Sequence record: PV730302.1
Origin: a phage
DNA: 64,000 nt
Reading direction: 5' to 3' (one strand)
Shown: positions 31,828 through 41,306 of the stretch, piece after piece
Layout of the letters: each line of letters begins with the position of its first letter
Numbering within the stretch: the stretch's first letter is position 1
Program-made: the position numbers and the translations under genes
The notes under the pieces: generated by a model
Told to the model about the DNA's origin: nothing
The model's database searches: none
Seen by the model: only the letters and a program-made list of their open reading frames with translations

Positions 31828-32211
31828 TTAGGCCTTAAAAGTTTTTTGCAAAAGTTCAATGATTTGGTCAACGTTCTGTTCGGTAACAATGCAATGGATT
31901 TGAGTCACACCTGCTTTAGTAACAGGTCCGTCAACTTCATCTTGTTCGGCATATTCACGGAAGCAATAGAACTCGTCTTCATGCAATTCAAAATATTCCT
32001 CTAGTGTCCCGTCTGCACTAAAAATCTCGCCATTTGCACATTTGATTTTAGTTACAAATTTATCCCCATCCGTAGTCATTGTATCCTTTACTTCAAACCA
32101 TCCGCCATTGTCTTGGATAATATCCACCATATCGTTATTATTGATAGGGGTGATATTAATAAAAGATTTGATACGCTCAGGACGAAGTTCGTATTTTTTA
32201 CCGATTTCCAT
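31828..32211 (-). CDS. hypothetical protein, paralog family X (member 2)
   Basis: 127 aa; N-terminal MEIGKKYEL and C-terminal block shared with ORF 30839..31216. Confidence 0.45.
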   Translation of the reverse strand: MEIGKKYELRPERIKSFINITPINNNDMVDIIQDNGGWFEVKDTMTTDGDKFVTKIKCANGEIFSADGTLEEYFELHEDEFYCFREYAEQDEVDGPVTKAGVTQIHCIVTEQNVDQIIELLQKTFKA

Positions 32212-32240
32212 TTTTATTTCCTCATGTAGTTGATAAGTCT

Positions 32241-32269
32241 ATAGTATCATGTTTAAAGGCATTGTAAAC
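32241..32269 (-). promoter_or_regulatory. early promoter-like element (GTTTAC-N17-TACTAT)
   Basis: Immediately downstream of the gene 32 terminator hairpin; stem-loop plus promoter arrangement. Confidence 0.5.
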
Positions 32270-32280
32270 CATTAAATGCC

Positions 32281-32304
32281 AAAAAGGGAAGACCGAAGTC
32301 TTCC
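32281..32304 (-). terminator. Rho-independent terminator downstream of gene 32
   Basis: GGGAAGAC-UUCG-GUCUUCCC hairpin followed by UUUU on the minus-strand transcript, 18 nt after the gene 32 stop. Confidence 0.6.
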
Positions 32305-32321
32305 CATTATGAATCAATAAC

Positions 32322-33227
32322 TTATAGACCAGCTAACAGGTCGTCCAGACCATCGTCATCAGAAGGACTTACTGACGGCTCAGGAGTAGTGGAACGAGTC
32401 GGTGTAGACGGTTTGGAATCATATGCATCAAGGTCTGCACTGAATGCGTCCAGGTCATCACCAATCTTATCAGCGGCTGCAGAAGCTTTAGCGGCAGCAC
32501 CACCAAGAGCAGCTGTACCAACAACTTTCTTAAACTTGGCTTCGTTAGTTTCGAATGATTTGAAATCGAGCAGTTTAGAAAGGTCGTGCATTTCTTCCAT
32601 CAATTTAGCTTGGTAAGCTTCATCATTGATGTTAGGAATTTCAGACTGACCCATGAATTTGGAATCGTCGTAGTTCTTGAAGTCGCCAACTTTCTTAGAT
32701 TTCAGTACGAAGTTCGCACCATCAAACGGACATGTTACGTCAATCGGAACTTCACCGATATCGGTATCAACTTCAACCATCTGGTTGATTTTATCCATAA
32801 TTTTCTGACCGAAACGGAATTTAAACACTTTACCTTCGTTAGCAGGCACTGCACTATCCTTAATAACAAGGATGTTAGCCCAGAAGGAAGTTTTACGTTT
32901 CATCAGTTTGTATTCGGCATTATTAGTATTAAAGGTATCATTCTGGTTCATGTATTTACATACAGGACATGAATCGAAATCACCGTGAGTAGACGTACAG
33001 TTTTCAATATACCATTGACCATTTTTCTTAAAGCCGTGGTTAACGAGCTTAATGAATGGAGATGGATTTTCTTCGTTTTTCGAAGGTAGGAAACGAATTA
33101 CCGCAGTACCAACGCCATTGTCATCTTTCAATTTCCATTCAGCTTTATCATCGGAAGAGAAAGAAGAACCACCTTTCATTGCAGACAGTTGAGCAGCCAG
33201 TTGGGAAGGGTCTTTACGTTTAAACAT
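32322..33227 (-). CDS. 32: single-stranded DNA-binding protein gp32
   Basis: 301 aa (same as T4 gp32); MFKRK..., [35 protein letters not shown] zinc motif, acidic C-terminus. Confidence 0.95.
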   Translation of the reverse strand: MFKRKDPSQLAAQLSAMKGGSSFSSDDKAEWKLKDDNGVGTAVIRFLPSKNEENPSPFIKLVNHGFKKNGQWYIENCTSTHGDFDSCPVCKYMNQNDTFNTNNAEYKLMKRKTSFWANILVIKDSAVPANEGKVFKFRFGQKIMDKINQMVEVDTDIGEVPIDVTCPFDGANFVLKSKKVGDFKNYDDSKFMGQSEIPNINDEAYQAKLMEEMHDLSKLLDFKSFETNEAKFKKVVGTAALGGAAAKASAAADKIGDDLDAFSADLDAYDSKPSTPTRSTTPEPSVSPSDDDGLDDLLAGL

Positions 33228-33317
33228 TTTATTTACCTTAGCAGATTTTAGCAGTTGTATTTTATTAACAGTTTTTAACAGATTGAGTTAGTATATTAAC
33301 ACAGTTGGTTTGAAGCA

Positions 33318-33971
33318 TTAAAACTTACAAGATTTGATAGTTTCAATGAACAATTTACGAGCTTCTAAATTATCGATTATAAGAATTTTCTTATAAGCAT
33401 TTAATTTAGTCGAATACTTAGACCACACTAAATCGTTGGTCTGTTCATCATGTTTATTTATTATATCCATAAATGAATCAAGCAAAATAAACGTTTCGAA
33501 TGAAATAACATTCGATTGAAGGAGCTTAAAAATATAGCTCGAGTTAACTTTTTTATTATAATCAAAAATTTCAGAAAGCGCTTTAACTTCCACTTTCTTA
33601 CTAAAATAATAAATGTTTTTGATATCATCCTCAAAAACTTGTTTTATTCTTTTAAGTCTACCGATATATTCTCGGTAAAAGACTAAGGCGTCAGCATCAC
33701 TGATGTCGCCAATCCACGCGTCTTGGTTAGCCACCAAGTTACTCATGAAGATAAGAGCAAGCTCTTTCAAAGTGTATTTATCACTCAATTTCTCAAAGAA
33801 ATATTTGTCACGACGTTTTTGATAAGCCGTATCAGAGATTCGCATGACCCAGTTATATTTGATAACATCGTATTTGGCATTGAAGTGATGTTTGAGCATT
33901 AAGTATAGTGAATATACGCTCTTACCATTCACCATACGGTTATTGTTTGGTGGCATGCGAATCTTAATCAT
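33318..33971 (-). CDS. 59: helicase loader gp59
   Basis: 217 aa (same as T4 gp59); MIK.RMP, GKSVY.LYLM.K.H.N.KYDVIKYNW.MR.SD.AYQKRRDKYFF, AWIGDISDADALVFYREYIGRLK match T4 as recalled. Confidence 0.9.
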   Translation of the reverse strand: MIKIRMPPNNNRMVNGKSVYSLYLMLKHHFNAKYDVIKYNWVMRISDTAYQKRRDKYFFEKLSDKYTLKELALIFMSNLVANQDAWIGDISDADALVFYREYIGRLKRIKQVFEDDIKNIYYFSKKVEVKALSEIFDYNKKVNSSYIFKLLQSNVISFETFILLDSFMDIINKHDEQTNDLVWSKYSTKLNAYKKILIIDNLEARKLFIETIKSCKF

Positions 33972-34270
33972 AACAAGAAATCCAGAGTATTAGTTTTTTG
34001 CGTTCGGGCCATTGAAGGTCGAAGCAAGTTATCATCAATGGCTTCGTTCATAATTTTATCAATAATTCCTGCAGGCAAATAACGAGCAAAGTTACCTTCA
34101 GGGATGCTGTTCTCTTCCAACCATGCGGTAGCCGCTTCGAGGTAACTACAACCTTCAGCCTCAACAAAGGCCTCAATATCAAGGCCATTCTGTTGTTTGT
34201 TTACCAATACATGGACAGGTTCGGAAGCGGTATTAACCGCTCCATCAAAATCATTCAAAGATTGTGTCAT
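33968..34270 (-). CDS. 33: late transcription accessory protein gp33 (by position)
   Basis: 100 aa (T4 gp33 112 aa); located between 59 and dsbA as in T4. Confidence 0.5.
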   Translation of the reverse strand: MTQSLNDFDGAVNTASEPVHVLVNKQQNGLDIEAFVEAEGCSYLEAATAWLEENSIPEGNFARYLPAGIIDKIMNEAIDDNLLRPSMARTQKTNTLDFLL

Positions 34271-34529
34271 ACAGTTCTACCACTTCAGTTTTTTCGTCTT
34301 CGAAACGTTCACGAGTGCCTTTATGGTACAGGGAGAACAGTTGGTTAAACATTTTACCGTCCACACCAAGTTCAGTCTTAGCACGGTCTTTGATATCTTT
34401 AATTTCGTCGCCATAAGCTTCCATTTTTAATTTAGTATCGGAAGCAGACTTAATCAGTTGTGCCAATGTGTTACCATGTTCTTCTTGATTGAATTCAACT
34501 TTCACTTTTTCTTTAGCCATTATATTCAC
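34251..34529 (-). CDS. dsbA: dsDNA-binding protein DsbA (by position)
   Basis: 92 aa (T4 DsbA 89 aa); between 33 and rnh. Confidence 0.5.
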   Translation of the reverse strand: MNIMAKEKVKVEFNQEEHGNTLAQLIKSASDTKLKMEAYGDEIKDIKDRAKTELGVDGKMFNQLFSLYHKGTRERFEDEKTEVVELYDTIFE

Positions 34530-34530
34530 C

Positions 34531-35478
34531 TTAATAAAAATCAGCTACTGTAGCAGTTAGTTTAGACAAACCAGATTTAACGAAATAAGGATAGACTTTA
34601 GATTTCGAAGGTTTGTTATACGTATTATATCTTTCAGTAATTAAAGCAACAATATCATCTGGAATATAGTCCATATCAATTAAGATTTGGTTTTCACAGA
34701 AACGTTCATATTGTTCTTCAGTAAGAAGTGTTTTAATTATATCACGGTCGTAATAATTCAGAGCAATCGCTTCAAGTTCCCTGGCACGAGTGCTAGGAGT
34801 ACGTTCGCCTTCAACCATTGTCAACCAGTAGTCACCACGAACTTTAATACTCGCAACGTTATCCTTGCGGTCGCCTTTAACAACCTTAGTTACACAATCA
34901 AGCAATGCATCGCCGGATTTTGTTTTGACGAATTTTTTCTGCATTGGAGACCATTGTTTTACCCCAGGGAATTTATGAAGTTGGGTAAAGTCACCATCAG
35001 AAGAACCAATCATAACAGGGTGACCTAAAGCCGTAAGGATGCGAGTCAATACAGCAATATGGTCATCAGCTTCGATTGTATCGATATTCATAACAATATA
35101 AGGCATGTTTTGTTCCAGTTCATCAACAATAATATGCATTGCTGTGAATAAACCTTCCCAATCAAATGGTGATTCGTCACGTGCCTTAGCACGGTTTTTC
35201 TTATAATAGGAAGAATAACGACGACGCCAATAACCTGATTTGGAGTTATCAACACAAATAACCAGTTGGTTGTAACCTTGTTTTTTAAAGTCTTTAATAT
35301 TTTTCTTAATTGAATTCAACACGAGGTGTCGAAGCATTGCTGTAGTTACTTTAGGAAATCCAGCATTTTCGCCAAATTCTTGGAATGCTGCCGCCATAAT
35401 GATTTGGCTGAAATCTAAGAGTAAAAATCCATCTTTTTGTTGGTCTTCTTCAGGAAGTAAAAAATCTAAATCGTTCAT
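34531..35478 (-). CDS. rnh: RNase H (5'-3' exonuclease, FEN-like)
   Basis: 315 aa; LLDFSQI, SGYWRR..YYKKNR, EADDHIAVL, SSDGDFTQLHK..VKQWSPM.KK, KGD.KDNVAS.KVR match T4 Rnh as recalled. Confidence 0.9.
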   Translation of the reverse strand: MNDLDFLLPEEDQQKDGFLLLDFSQIIMAAAFQEFGENAGFPKVTTAMLRHLVLNSIKKNIKDFKKQGYNQLVICVDNSKSGYWRRRYSSYYKKNRAKARDESPFDWEGLFTAMHIIVDELEQNMPYIVMNIDTIEADDHIAVLTRILTALGHPVMIGSSDGDFTQLHKFPGVKQWSPMQKKFVKTKSGDALLDCVTKVVKGDRKDNVASIKVRGDYWLTMVEGERTPSTRARELEAIALNYYDRDIIKTLLTEEQYERFCENQILIDMDYIPDDIVALITERYNTYNKPSKSKVYPYFVKSGLSKLTATVADFY

Positions 35479-35545
35479 ATGAACCTCTGTTCAAGTAGTT
35501 GAGAGGTCCATTATATCATGGCCTTAGGATAAGTAAACACTTTGC

Positions 35546-35553
35546 TATAAATA
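35546..35553 (+). promoter_or_regulatory. T4-type late promoter -10 box TATAAATA
   Basis: Exact TATAAATA 32 nt upstream of the gene 34 ATG. Confidence 0.65.
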
Positions 35554-35585
35554 GTTCTATACCCTGAAAACGAAAAGGAAATAAA

Positions 35586-38500
35586 ATGGCTGATATTTTA
35601 AAACCTGCATTCCGTGCTACATCCGGACTCGATGCTGCGGGCGAGAAAGTTATCAATGTTGCCAAAGCCGATTACAATGTATTAGATGATGGCGTCAACG
35701 TTGAATTCTTTATAGATGAGAACACCATCCAGGCGTACGACGAGACGCGCGGATATAAGAATGGGTTTGCCGTAATCCATGACCAACGTATCTGGGTTGC
35801 TCAACGCGATATCAATGCTCCTGCAGGAACTTTTACTCCAGGCTATTGGACTGCTACCCGTACTGACCCTAAATGGATTACCGTAGCGTCTCCTACACGC
35901 CAGCTGGCTTCCGGTGAATATATTGCGGTGGATTCCGCTGCTAGCTTTACTACATTTACCCTGCCTCCGAACCCTACTGATGGCGATACCGTTGTAATTA
36001 AAGATATCGGTGGACGTGTTGGGTATAACGAAATAAAGGTCCAATCTAGTTCTGCTCCTGGTGGCGGTAACCAGAAAATTGTTCGTTTTGGTAATCAGTT
36101 TACTGAGACCTTAATTACGAAGCCTTTTTCTTATAACATGCTTATCTTTGCTAACCGTCTTTGGCATTTCTGGGAAGCTGGTAACGAAGAACGCGGTATT
36201 CGTGTAGAACCGAACATGGCCCAGTTCCAATCACAAGCAGGTGATAACGTTCTCCGTCGTTATACTTCAGGTGCAGTGATTAAGTTTACTCTTCCTAAGT
36301 ATGCAAACCAAGGCGATATGATTAAAACCGTTGATATTGATGGTTTAGGAAGTAAATTCCACTTAATCGTTGAAACGTTTGATGCTTCATCTTCATTAGG
36401 TAAGCTTGGTCAGCATAGCATGGAATTCCGTACCTCTGGTGATGGATTCTTTGTTTATAACTCTACCGAAAAATTATGGTATGTTTGGGACGGGGACCGT
36501 CAAACTCGTTTACGAGTAATTCGTGACGATGTTGAGCTCTTGGCTAATGAAAGTGTTATTGTTTTCGGCCCTAATAATACAACACCTCAGACGATTAATA
36601 TCACATTACCTACAGGCGTAGCCCAGGGCGATGTCGTTAAAATCGCATTAAACTATCTTCGTAAAGCTCAGACGGTAAATATTAAGGCCGCTGTAGGAGA
36701 TAAAATAGCTTCTTCAGTTCAATTGCTCCAGTTCCCTAAACGTTCTGAATATCCGCCGGATACCGAATGGGTTCTGAATGATGTATTGACCTTCAATGGT
36801 AACTTAAGTTATACTCCTGTTATTGAACTGAGTTATATCGAAGACACCACTACAGGTGGCAAATATTGGGTTGTTGCTCAGAACGTTCCTACTGTAGAAC
36901 GTGTGGATTCTAAGGATGATTTAACCCGTGCTCGTCTTGGTGTTATTGCTCTGGCGTCACAGACCCAAGCAAACGTTGACCATGAAAATAATCCTGAAAA
37001 AGAACTGGCTATCACCCCACAGACTTTAGCTAATCGTGTAGCGACTGAATCACGTCGTGGTATTGCTCGTATTGCTACAACGGCTCAGGTAAACCAGAAT
37101 ACCGGATTTGCATTCCAGGACGATTTGATTATTTCTCCTAAGAAATTAAACGAACGTACTGCTACCGAAACCCGTCGTGGTGTGGCTGAAATTGCTACGC
37201 AACAGGAAACTGATGCAGGCGTTGATGATACAACCATTATCACTCCTAAGAAGCTACAGACGCGCCAGGGAACTGAAAGCCTGTCAGGTATAGTAAAATA
37301 CGTATCCACCACTGGAACCACTCCTGCGACTTCTAGAGCAACTGTAGGTACTAACGTTTATAATAAGAACACAACTACTTTAGTTATTTCTCCTAAAGCT
37401 TTGGACCAATATAAAGCTAACTATGAGAACCAAGGTGCTGTATATCTTGCTACGCAAGCCGAAGTTAATGCGGGTGCTACTAACCCTGGTTTTAGTAACT
37501 CGGTTGTTACACCTGAAACATTAGGTGCTCGTCGTGCTTCTGATACTAATCACGGTTTAATTGAAATTGCTACGCAAGCAGAGACTGATACTGGAACTGA
37601 TTATACTCGTGCGGTAACGCCTAAGACGTTAAATGACAGGAATGCTACTCAAACACTTACTGGTATTGCTCGTATTGGTACTCAAGTAGAATTTGATGCA
37701 GGTGTATTAGATAATGTTATTTCAACTCCGTTGAAAATTAAAACACGTTTTAATAATACTGCTAGAACTTCTGTCTCAGCAGCCAGTGGTTTGATTGAAT
37801 CAGGAACCTTATGGAACCATTATACACTAGATATCCGTGAAGCAAGTAATACTCAACGTGGTACGGCTCGTTTGGCTACCCAAACTGAAGTTAATACTGG
37901 TACTGATGACAAAACAATCATCACTCCACTTAAGCTTCAAGCTAAAAAGGCTACCGAAAACGCTGAAGGTATTATCCAACTCGCTACTCAGGCTGAAGTT
38001 ATTGCTGGTACGGTAAGTAATAAAGCGTTTAGTCCTAAGCATTACAAATATATCGTCCAACAGGAAAAATCCTGGGAAGCTACTTCTGCTCGTAGAGGAT
38101 ATGTTAAATTAACCACAGGTACAGCCACTTGGGAAGGTGATGATACTAATGGTTCTGTTGCTAACCTGGCTAAATTTGAAGATAATGGCTTTGCTATTTC
38201 CCCTCTTCAAATGAATACGGCATTAACTCACTATCTTCCGATTAAAGGTAAGGCTTTTGACTCTGATAAATTGGACGGATTTGATTCTGCTCAGTTTATT
38301 CGTCGTGATATAGCACAAGATATTAATGCTAATATGACATTCAAACAACCTGTTAGAATTGAAAGTACTTTAGCGGTTACCGGTGCGGTTAATTTGAGTG
38401 GCTCTGTTATTTCAAATAATACTACATTAACCGGTTCTACTACAGTCAATAGCAATTCTACTGTAGGCGCTTTGAATTACATTGAGTTCACTTCACTTTC

Positions 38501-39461
38501 GCAAGGCTCGGGTACTTGGACCTCTCAACATGATAGCAATGTTAAAGCTCCTGTATTTTTAAATATAACTACTCTAGCTGGCGCATCTAGATACGTTCCT
38601 TTAATTAAGCAACGTTATAAAGATGGAACATTTACCTTTGGTACATTGACAAATGAACCTACTTCAAATGATGAAGGTGCTTTTGTTATTCATTATATAG
38701 ATGCGGTAAAAACCCAGCGTAAATGGACCTTTAGACGGAATGGTGATTTAGAAATAACTGCAGGTAATTTCGTTCTTGGTAATGGGTCTGCTGTAATTAA
38801 TGGTGGTCTTAATGTTACTAAAGCTTCTGGTATTACAACCACTGGGCTAGTTGCCAATAGTGAATCCAGATTCGAAGGTGCTGTTACTATTAACAACTTC
38901 CTTACGGTAAGCAACAAAGCTACACTTAACAACGGCTTAGCTGTTCAGAAATATGCAAGGGTTACAGGAGATAAGACTTCTGACATCTATAGCAGAAAAC
39001 CTACAATGGATAATGTTGGTTTTTGGTCTATAGACATCAACGATTCAGCTACTTATAACCAGTTCCCAGGTTATTTTAAAATGGTTGAAAAGACCAACGA
39101 AGTAACCGGACTGCCGTATCTGGTCCGCGGTGAAGAAGTTAAATCTCCTGGTACGTTAACTCAGTTCGGTAACACTCTGAATTCGCTTTACCAAGATTGG
39201 ATTACCTATCCAAATACTGCAGACGGAAGCACCACTCGTTGGACTCGTACTTGGCAGCAAAATAAAAATGCTTGGTCTGGATTTGTTCAGGTATTTGATG
39301 GCGGTAACCCACCACAACCATCTGATATCGGTGCTTTGCCTTCAGACAACGCTTCAATGAGTAACTTGACCATTCGTGATTGGTTAAGAATCGGTAACGT
39401 ACGCGTTGTTCCGGACCCGGTAACTCGTTCTGTTAAATTCGAATGGATTGATACACCATAA
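35586..39461 (+). CDS. 34: long tail fibre proximal subunit gp34
   Basis: 1291 aa (T4 gp34 1289 aa); repetitive beta-rich sequence; heads the 34-35-36-37 cluster. Confidence 0.85.
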   Translation: MADILKPAFRATSGLDAAGEKVINVAKADYNVLDDGVNVEFFIDENTIQAYDETRGYKNGFAVIHDQRIWVAQRDINAPAGTFTPGYWTATRTDPKWITVASPTRQLASGEYIAVDSAASFTTFTLPPNPTDGDTVVIKDIGGRVGYNEIKVQSSSAPGGGNQKIVRFGNQFTETLITKPFSYNMLIFANRLWHFWEAGNEERGIRVEPNMAQFQSQAGDNVLRRYTSGAVIKFTLPKYANQGDMIKTVDIDGLGSKFHLIVETFDASSSLGKLGQHSMEFRTSGDGFFVYNSTEKLWYVWDGDRQTRLRVIRDDVELLANESVIVFGPNNTTPQTINITLPTGVAQGDVVKIALNYLRKAQTVNIKAAVGDKIASSVQLLQFPKRSEYPPDTEWVLNDVLTFNGNLSYTPVIELSYIEDTTTGGKYWVVAQNVPTVERVDSKDDLTRARLGVIALASQTQANVDHENNPEKELAITPQTLANRVATESRRGIARIATTAQVNQNTGFAFQDDLIISPKKLNERTATETRRGVAEIATQQETDAGVDDTTIITPKKLQTRQGTESLSGIVKYVSTTGTTPATSRATVGTNVYNKNTTTLVISPKALDQYKANYENQGAVYLATQAEVNAGATNPGFSNSVVTPETLGARRASDTNHGLIEIATQAETDTGTDYTRAVTPKTLNDRNATQTLTGIARIGTQVEFDAGVLDNVISTPLKIKTRFNNTARTSVSAASGLIESGTLWNHYTLDIREASNTQRGTARLATQTEVNTGTDDKTIITPLKLQAKKATENAEGIIQLATQAEVIAGTVSNKAFSPKHYKYIVQQEKSWEATSARRGYVKLTTGTATWEGDDTNGSVANLAKFEDNGFAISPLQMNTALTHYLPIKGKAFDSDKLDGFDSAQFIRRDIAQDINANMTFKQPVRIESTLAVTGAVNLSGSVISNNTTLTGSTTVNSNSTVGALNYIEFTSLSQGSGTWTSQHDSNVKAPVFLNITTLAGASRYVPLIKQRYKDGTFTFGTLTNEPTSNDEGAFVIHYIDAVKTQRKWTFRRNGDLEITAGNFVLGNGSAVINGGLNVTKASGITTTGLVANSESRFEGAVTINNFLTVSNKATLNNGLAVQKYARVTGDKTSDIYSRKPTMDNVGFWSIDINDSATYNQFPGYFKMVEKTNEVTGLPYLVRGEEVKSPGTLTQFGNTLNSLYQDWITYPNTADGSTTRWTRTWQQNKNAWSGFVQVFDGGNPPQPSDIGALPSDNASMSNLTIRDWLRIGNVRVVPDPVTRSVKFEWIDTP

Positions 39462-39469
39462 GAGGTAAT

Positions 39470-40594
39470 ATGGAAAGATTTATGGCTGAATTTGGACAAG
39501 ACTACGTTCAAATTCCTGTACTATCTGAAAATAATGCCGTTAGTTATAAACTTAGTATAGCAGGGAGCTGTACTAAGTCCACTAAAAAGGCTTATATCAA
39601 ATTTCAAGATGAGGACTTCGGTCCTCAGAATTTCCAATCCGGGTTAAATTTGGTTGAAATAGACCCAACAAATAACACAATAGTAACTACAAAATCATAC
39701 GCATTTACCAAAGACCATGATGTTATTTCCCAAGCGTTTATAACTTATATTTCATCTATACCCGCCGGTAGAATTGTTTGCTTTATTTCTTCTGGTAAAT
39801 TAAACGCCTCGCAAGTATTAATTGATTGGTTTAGGGCTTCCGGTTCTACGGCGTTCCCCGATAAGTGGCTCATCGATAAAGTGGATACTTCTTATTCAGC
39901 TTTTTATGTTTCAGGAAGAAATGCTATAGTAATGGAACACGTGCTTTATAACGACGGCGTTTTGGTAGAAGACGTTTCCACCCCATTAGAAGTCGTTTAT
40001 GACAACTTTAATGATGTAGGAGGAACTGGGTTCCCTGTTAGAGTCATTGAAGATGAAAACACTTATTATAGCGGAGCTACTCAAGAAATTAAAAGGTTTC
40101 CTACCGAATCCGCCATAACTCCTTGTGCCGGTTATAATATGGTTCCTGGAGATTTCTTTTATCTCAAATTCCAAATGACCTATGACCAGGCTTTAAAAGA
40201 TTTAGGGACGACCCAGATGTCTGTACGATTTTTTAATGGCCAGGAAATGCTTCAATCCACTGATATCAATATTCCTGTAGGAGCGGGCTCTCCACCGGCA
40301 GGCGCATGGATGTCTTTTGAGCGCGTAATAGAAGTTCCGCCGAATGCCAATGGTTTTACATTATATTGTAGAAAAACTGTCTCAGGCGGAGTAGGAGGTG
40401 TTAGGAATGTTATGTTTGGCGAAATAGCTAGACCTGAAGATACCCCTAAATCCGCTGAAATTGGTGTTAATGGTATTCGTATGAGCTACGGTACTGAAAC
40501 CCGTTCAATGGGTAATGTTATTGCACAATTGAATGACAAATCATCTGGTAATGCAGGTAAGGTGTTTGTTCAAGAGTTTAAAGAAAAATATTAA
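39470..40594 (+). CDS. 35: long tail fibre hinge protein gp35
   Basis: 374 aa (T4 gp35 372 aa); synteny. Confidence 0.7.
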   Translation: MERFMAEFGQDYVQIPVLSENNAVSYKLSIAGSCTKSTKKAYIKFQDEDFGPQNFQSGLNLVEIDPTNNTIVTTKSYAFTKDHDVISQAFITYISSIPAGRIVCFISSGKLNASQVLIDWFRASGSTAFPDKWLIDKVDTSYSAFYVSGRNAIVMEHVLYNDGVLVEDVSTPLEVVYDNFNDVGGTGFPVRVIEDENTYYSGATQEIKRFPTESAITPCAGYNMVPGDFFYLKFQMTYDQALKDLGTTQMSVRFFNGQEMLQSTDINIPVGAGSPPAGAWMSFERVIEVPPNANGFTLYCRKTVSGGVGGVRNVMFGEIARPEDTPKSAEIGVNGIRMSYGTETRSMGNVIAQLNDKSSGNAGKVFVQEFKEKY

Positions 40595-40615
40595 GGGACC
40601 GTAAGGTCCCTTTTT
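40595..40615 (+). terminator. Rho-independent terminator after gene 35
   Basis: gggacc-gtaa-ggtccc hairpin followed by TTTTT, starting right after the gene 35 stop. Confidence 0.65.
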
Positions 40616-40617
40616 GC

Positions 40618-40625
40618 TATAAATA
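40618..40625 (+). promoter_or_regulatory. T4-type late promoter -10 box TATAAATA
   Basis: Exact TATAAATA 25 nt upstream of the gene 36 ATG, directly after the terminator. Confidence 0.65.
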
Positions 40626-40650
40626 CGTTATCTAATAAAGAGGAATAACT

Positions 40651-41298
40651 ATGGCTGATTTAAAATTAGGCTCAACCGCTGGAGGTTCCGTTATATGGCA
40701 CCAAGGCAATTTTCCGCTGACGCCGGTATCAAATGATATTTTATATAAGACCTACAAAATCTATACTGAATTTAATAAGCCTCAAGCCGCAGATAACGAC
40801 TTTGTTTCTAAAGCCGCCGGAGGCACATATAAAGGTACTGTTAATTTTGAAAAAGGTATAACTTTTAATGATTCCGCTGGGTATGCTATTAAATTGGGTG
40901 CCAGAGAAGGTGGACAACCTTTTACCGCTTCATTTAAGATTAAAGGGGCTTTTGGCCTTGAAACTGAAACAGGAACTCCGTTTGTAATCTTTAACCCTAC
41001 CACTACAGTAGGAGCTAACCGACTTACTGTAATGGGCGATATCCTGGGTCGACATATTAAAGATGAATCTGGAAGAGTGTTTTCTCCAGGGAATGCTCCG
41101 ACAAAAGCACAAGTTGGATTAAGCGATGTAGATAACGCAAAACAGGTCCAAATAAATAATAGTAACATACAATCTATGGCTGGTGTTCTTTCAGCCCCGA
41201 ATTTCATATCTAGGAACCCAGGTACATTGAACGAACACGTTCCTCGTATCGACCAGGTTGTTCTTAGAGGTACATCTGAAGATTTTGGATATTATTAA
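40651..41298 (+). CDS. 36: long tail fibre distal connector gp36
   Basis: 215 aa (T4 gp36 221 aa); synteny. Confidence 0.7.
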   Translation: MADLKLGSTAGGSVIWHQGNFPLTPVSNDILYKTYKIYTEFNKPQAADNDFVSKAAGGTYKGTVNFEKGITFNDSAGYAIKLGAREGGQPFTASFKIKGAFGLETETGTPFVIFNPTTTVGANRLTVMGDILGRHIKDESGRVFSPGNAPTKAQVGLSDVDNAKQVQINNSNIQSMAGVLSAPNFISRNPGTLNEHVPRIDQVVLRGTSEDFGYY

Positions 41299-41306
41299 GA
41301 GGCATT

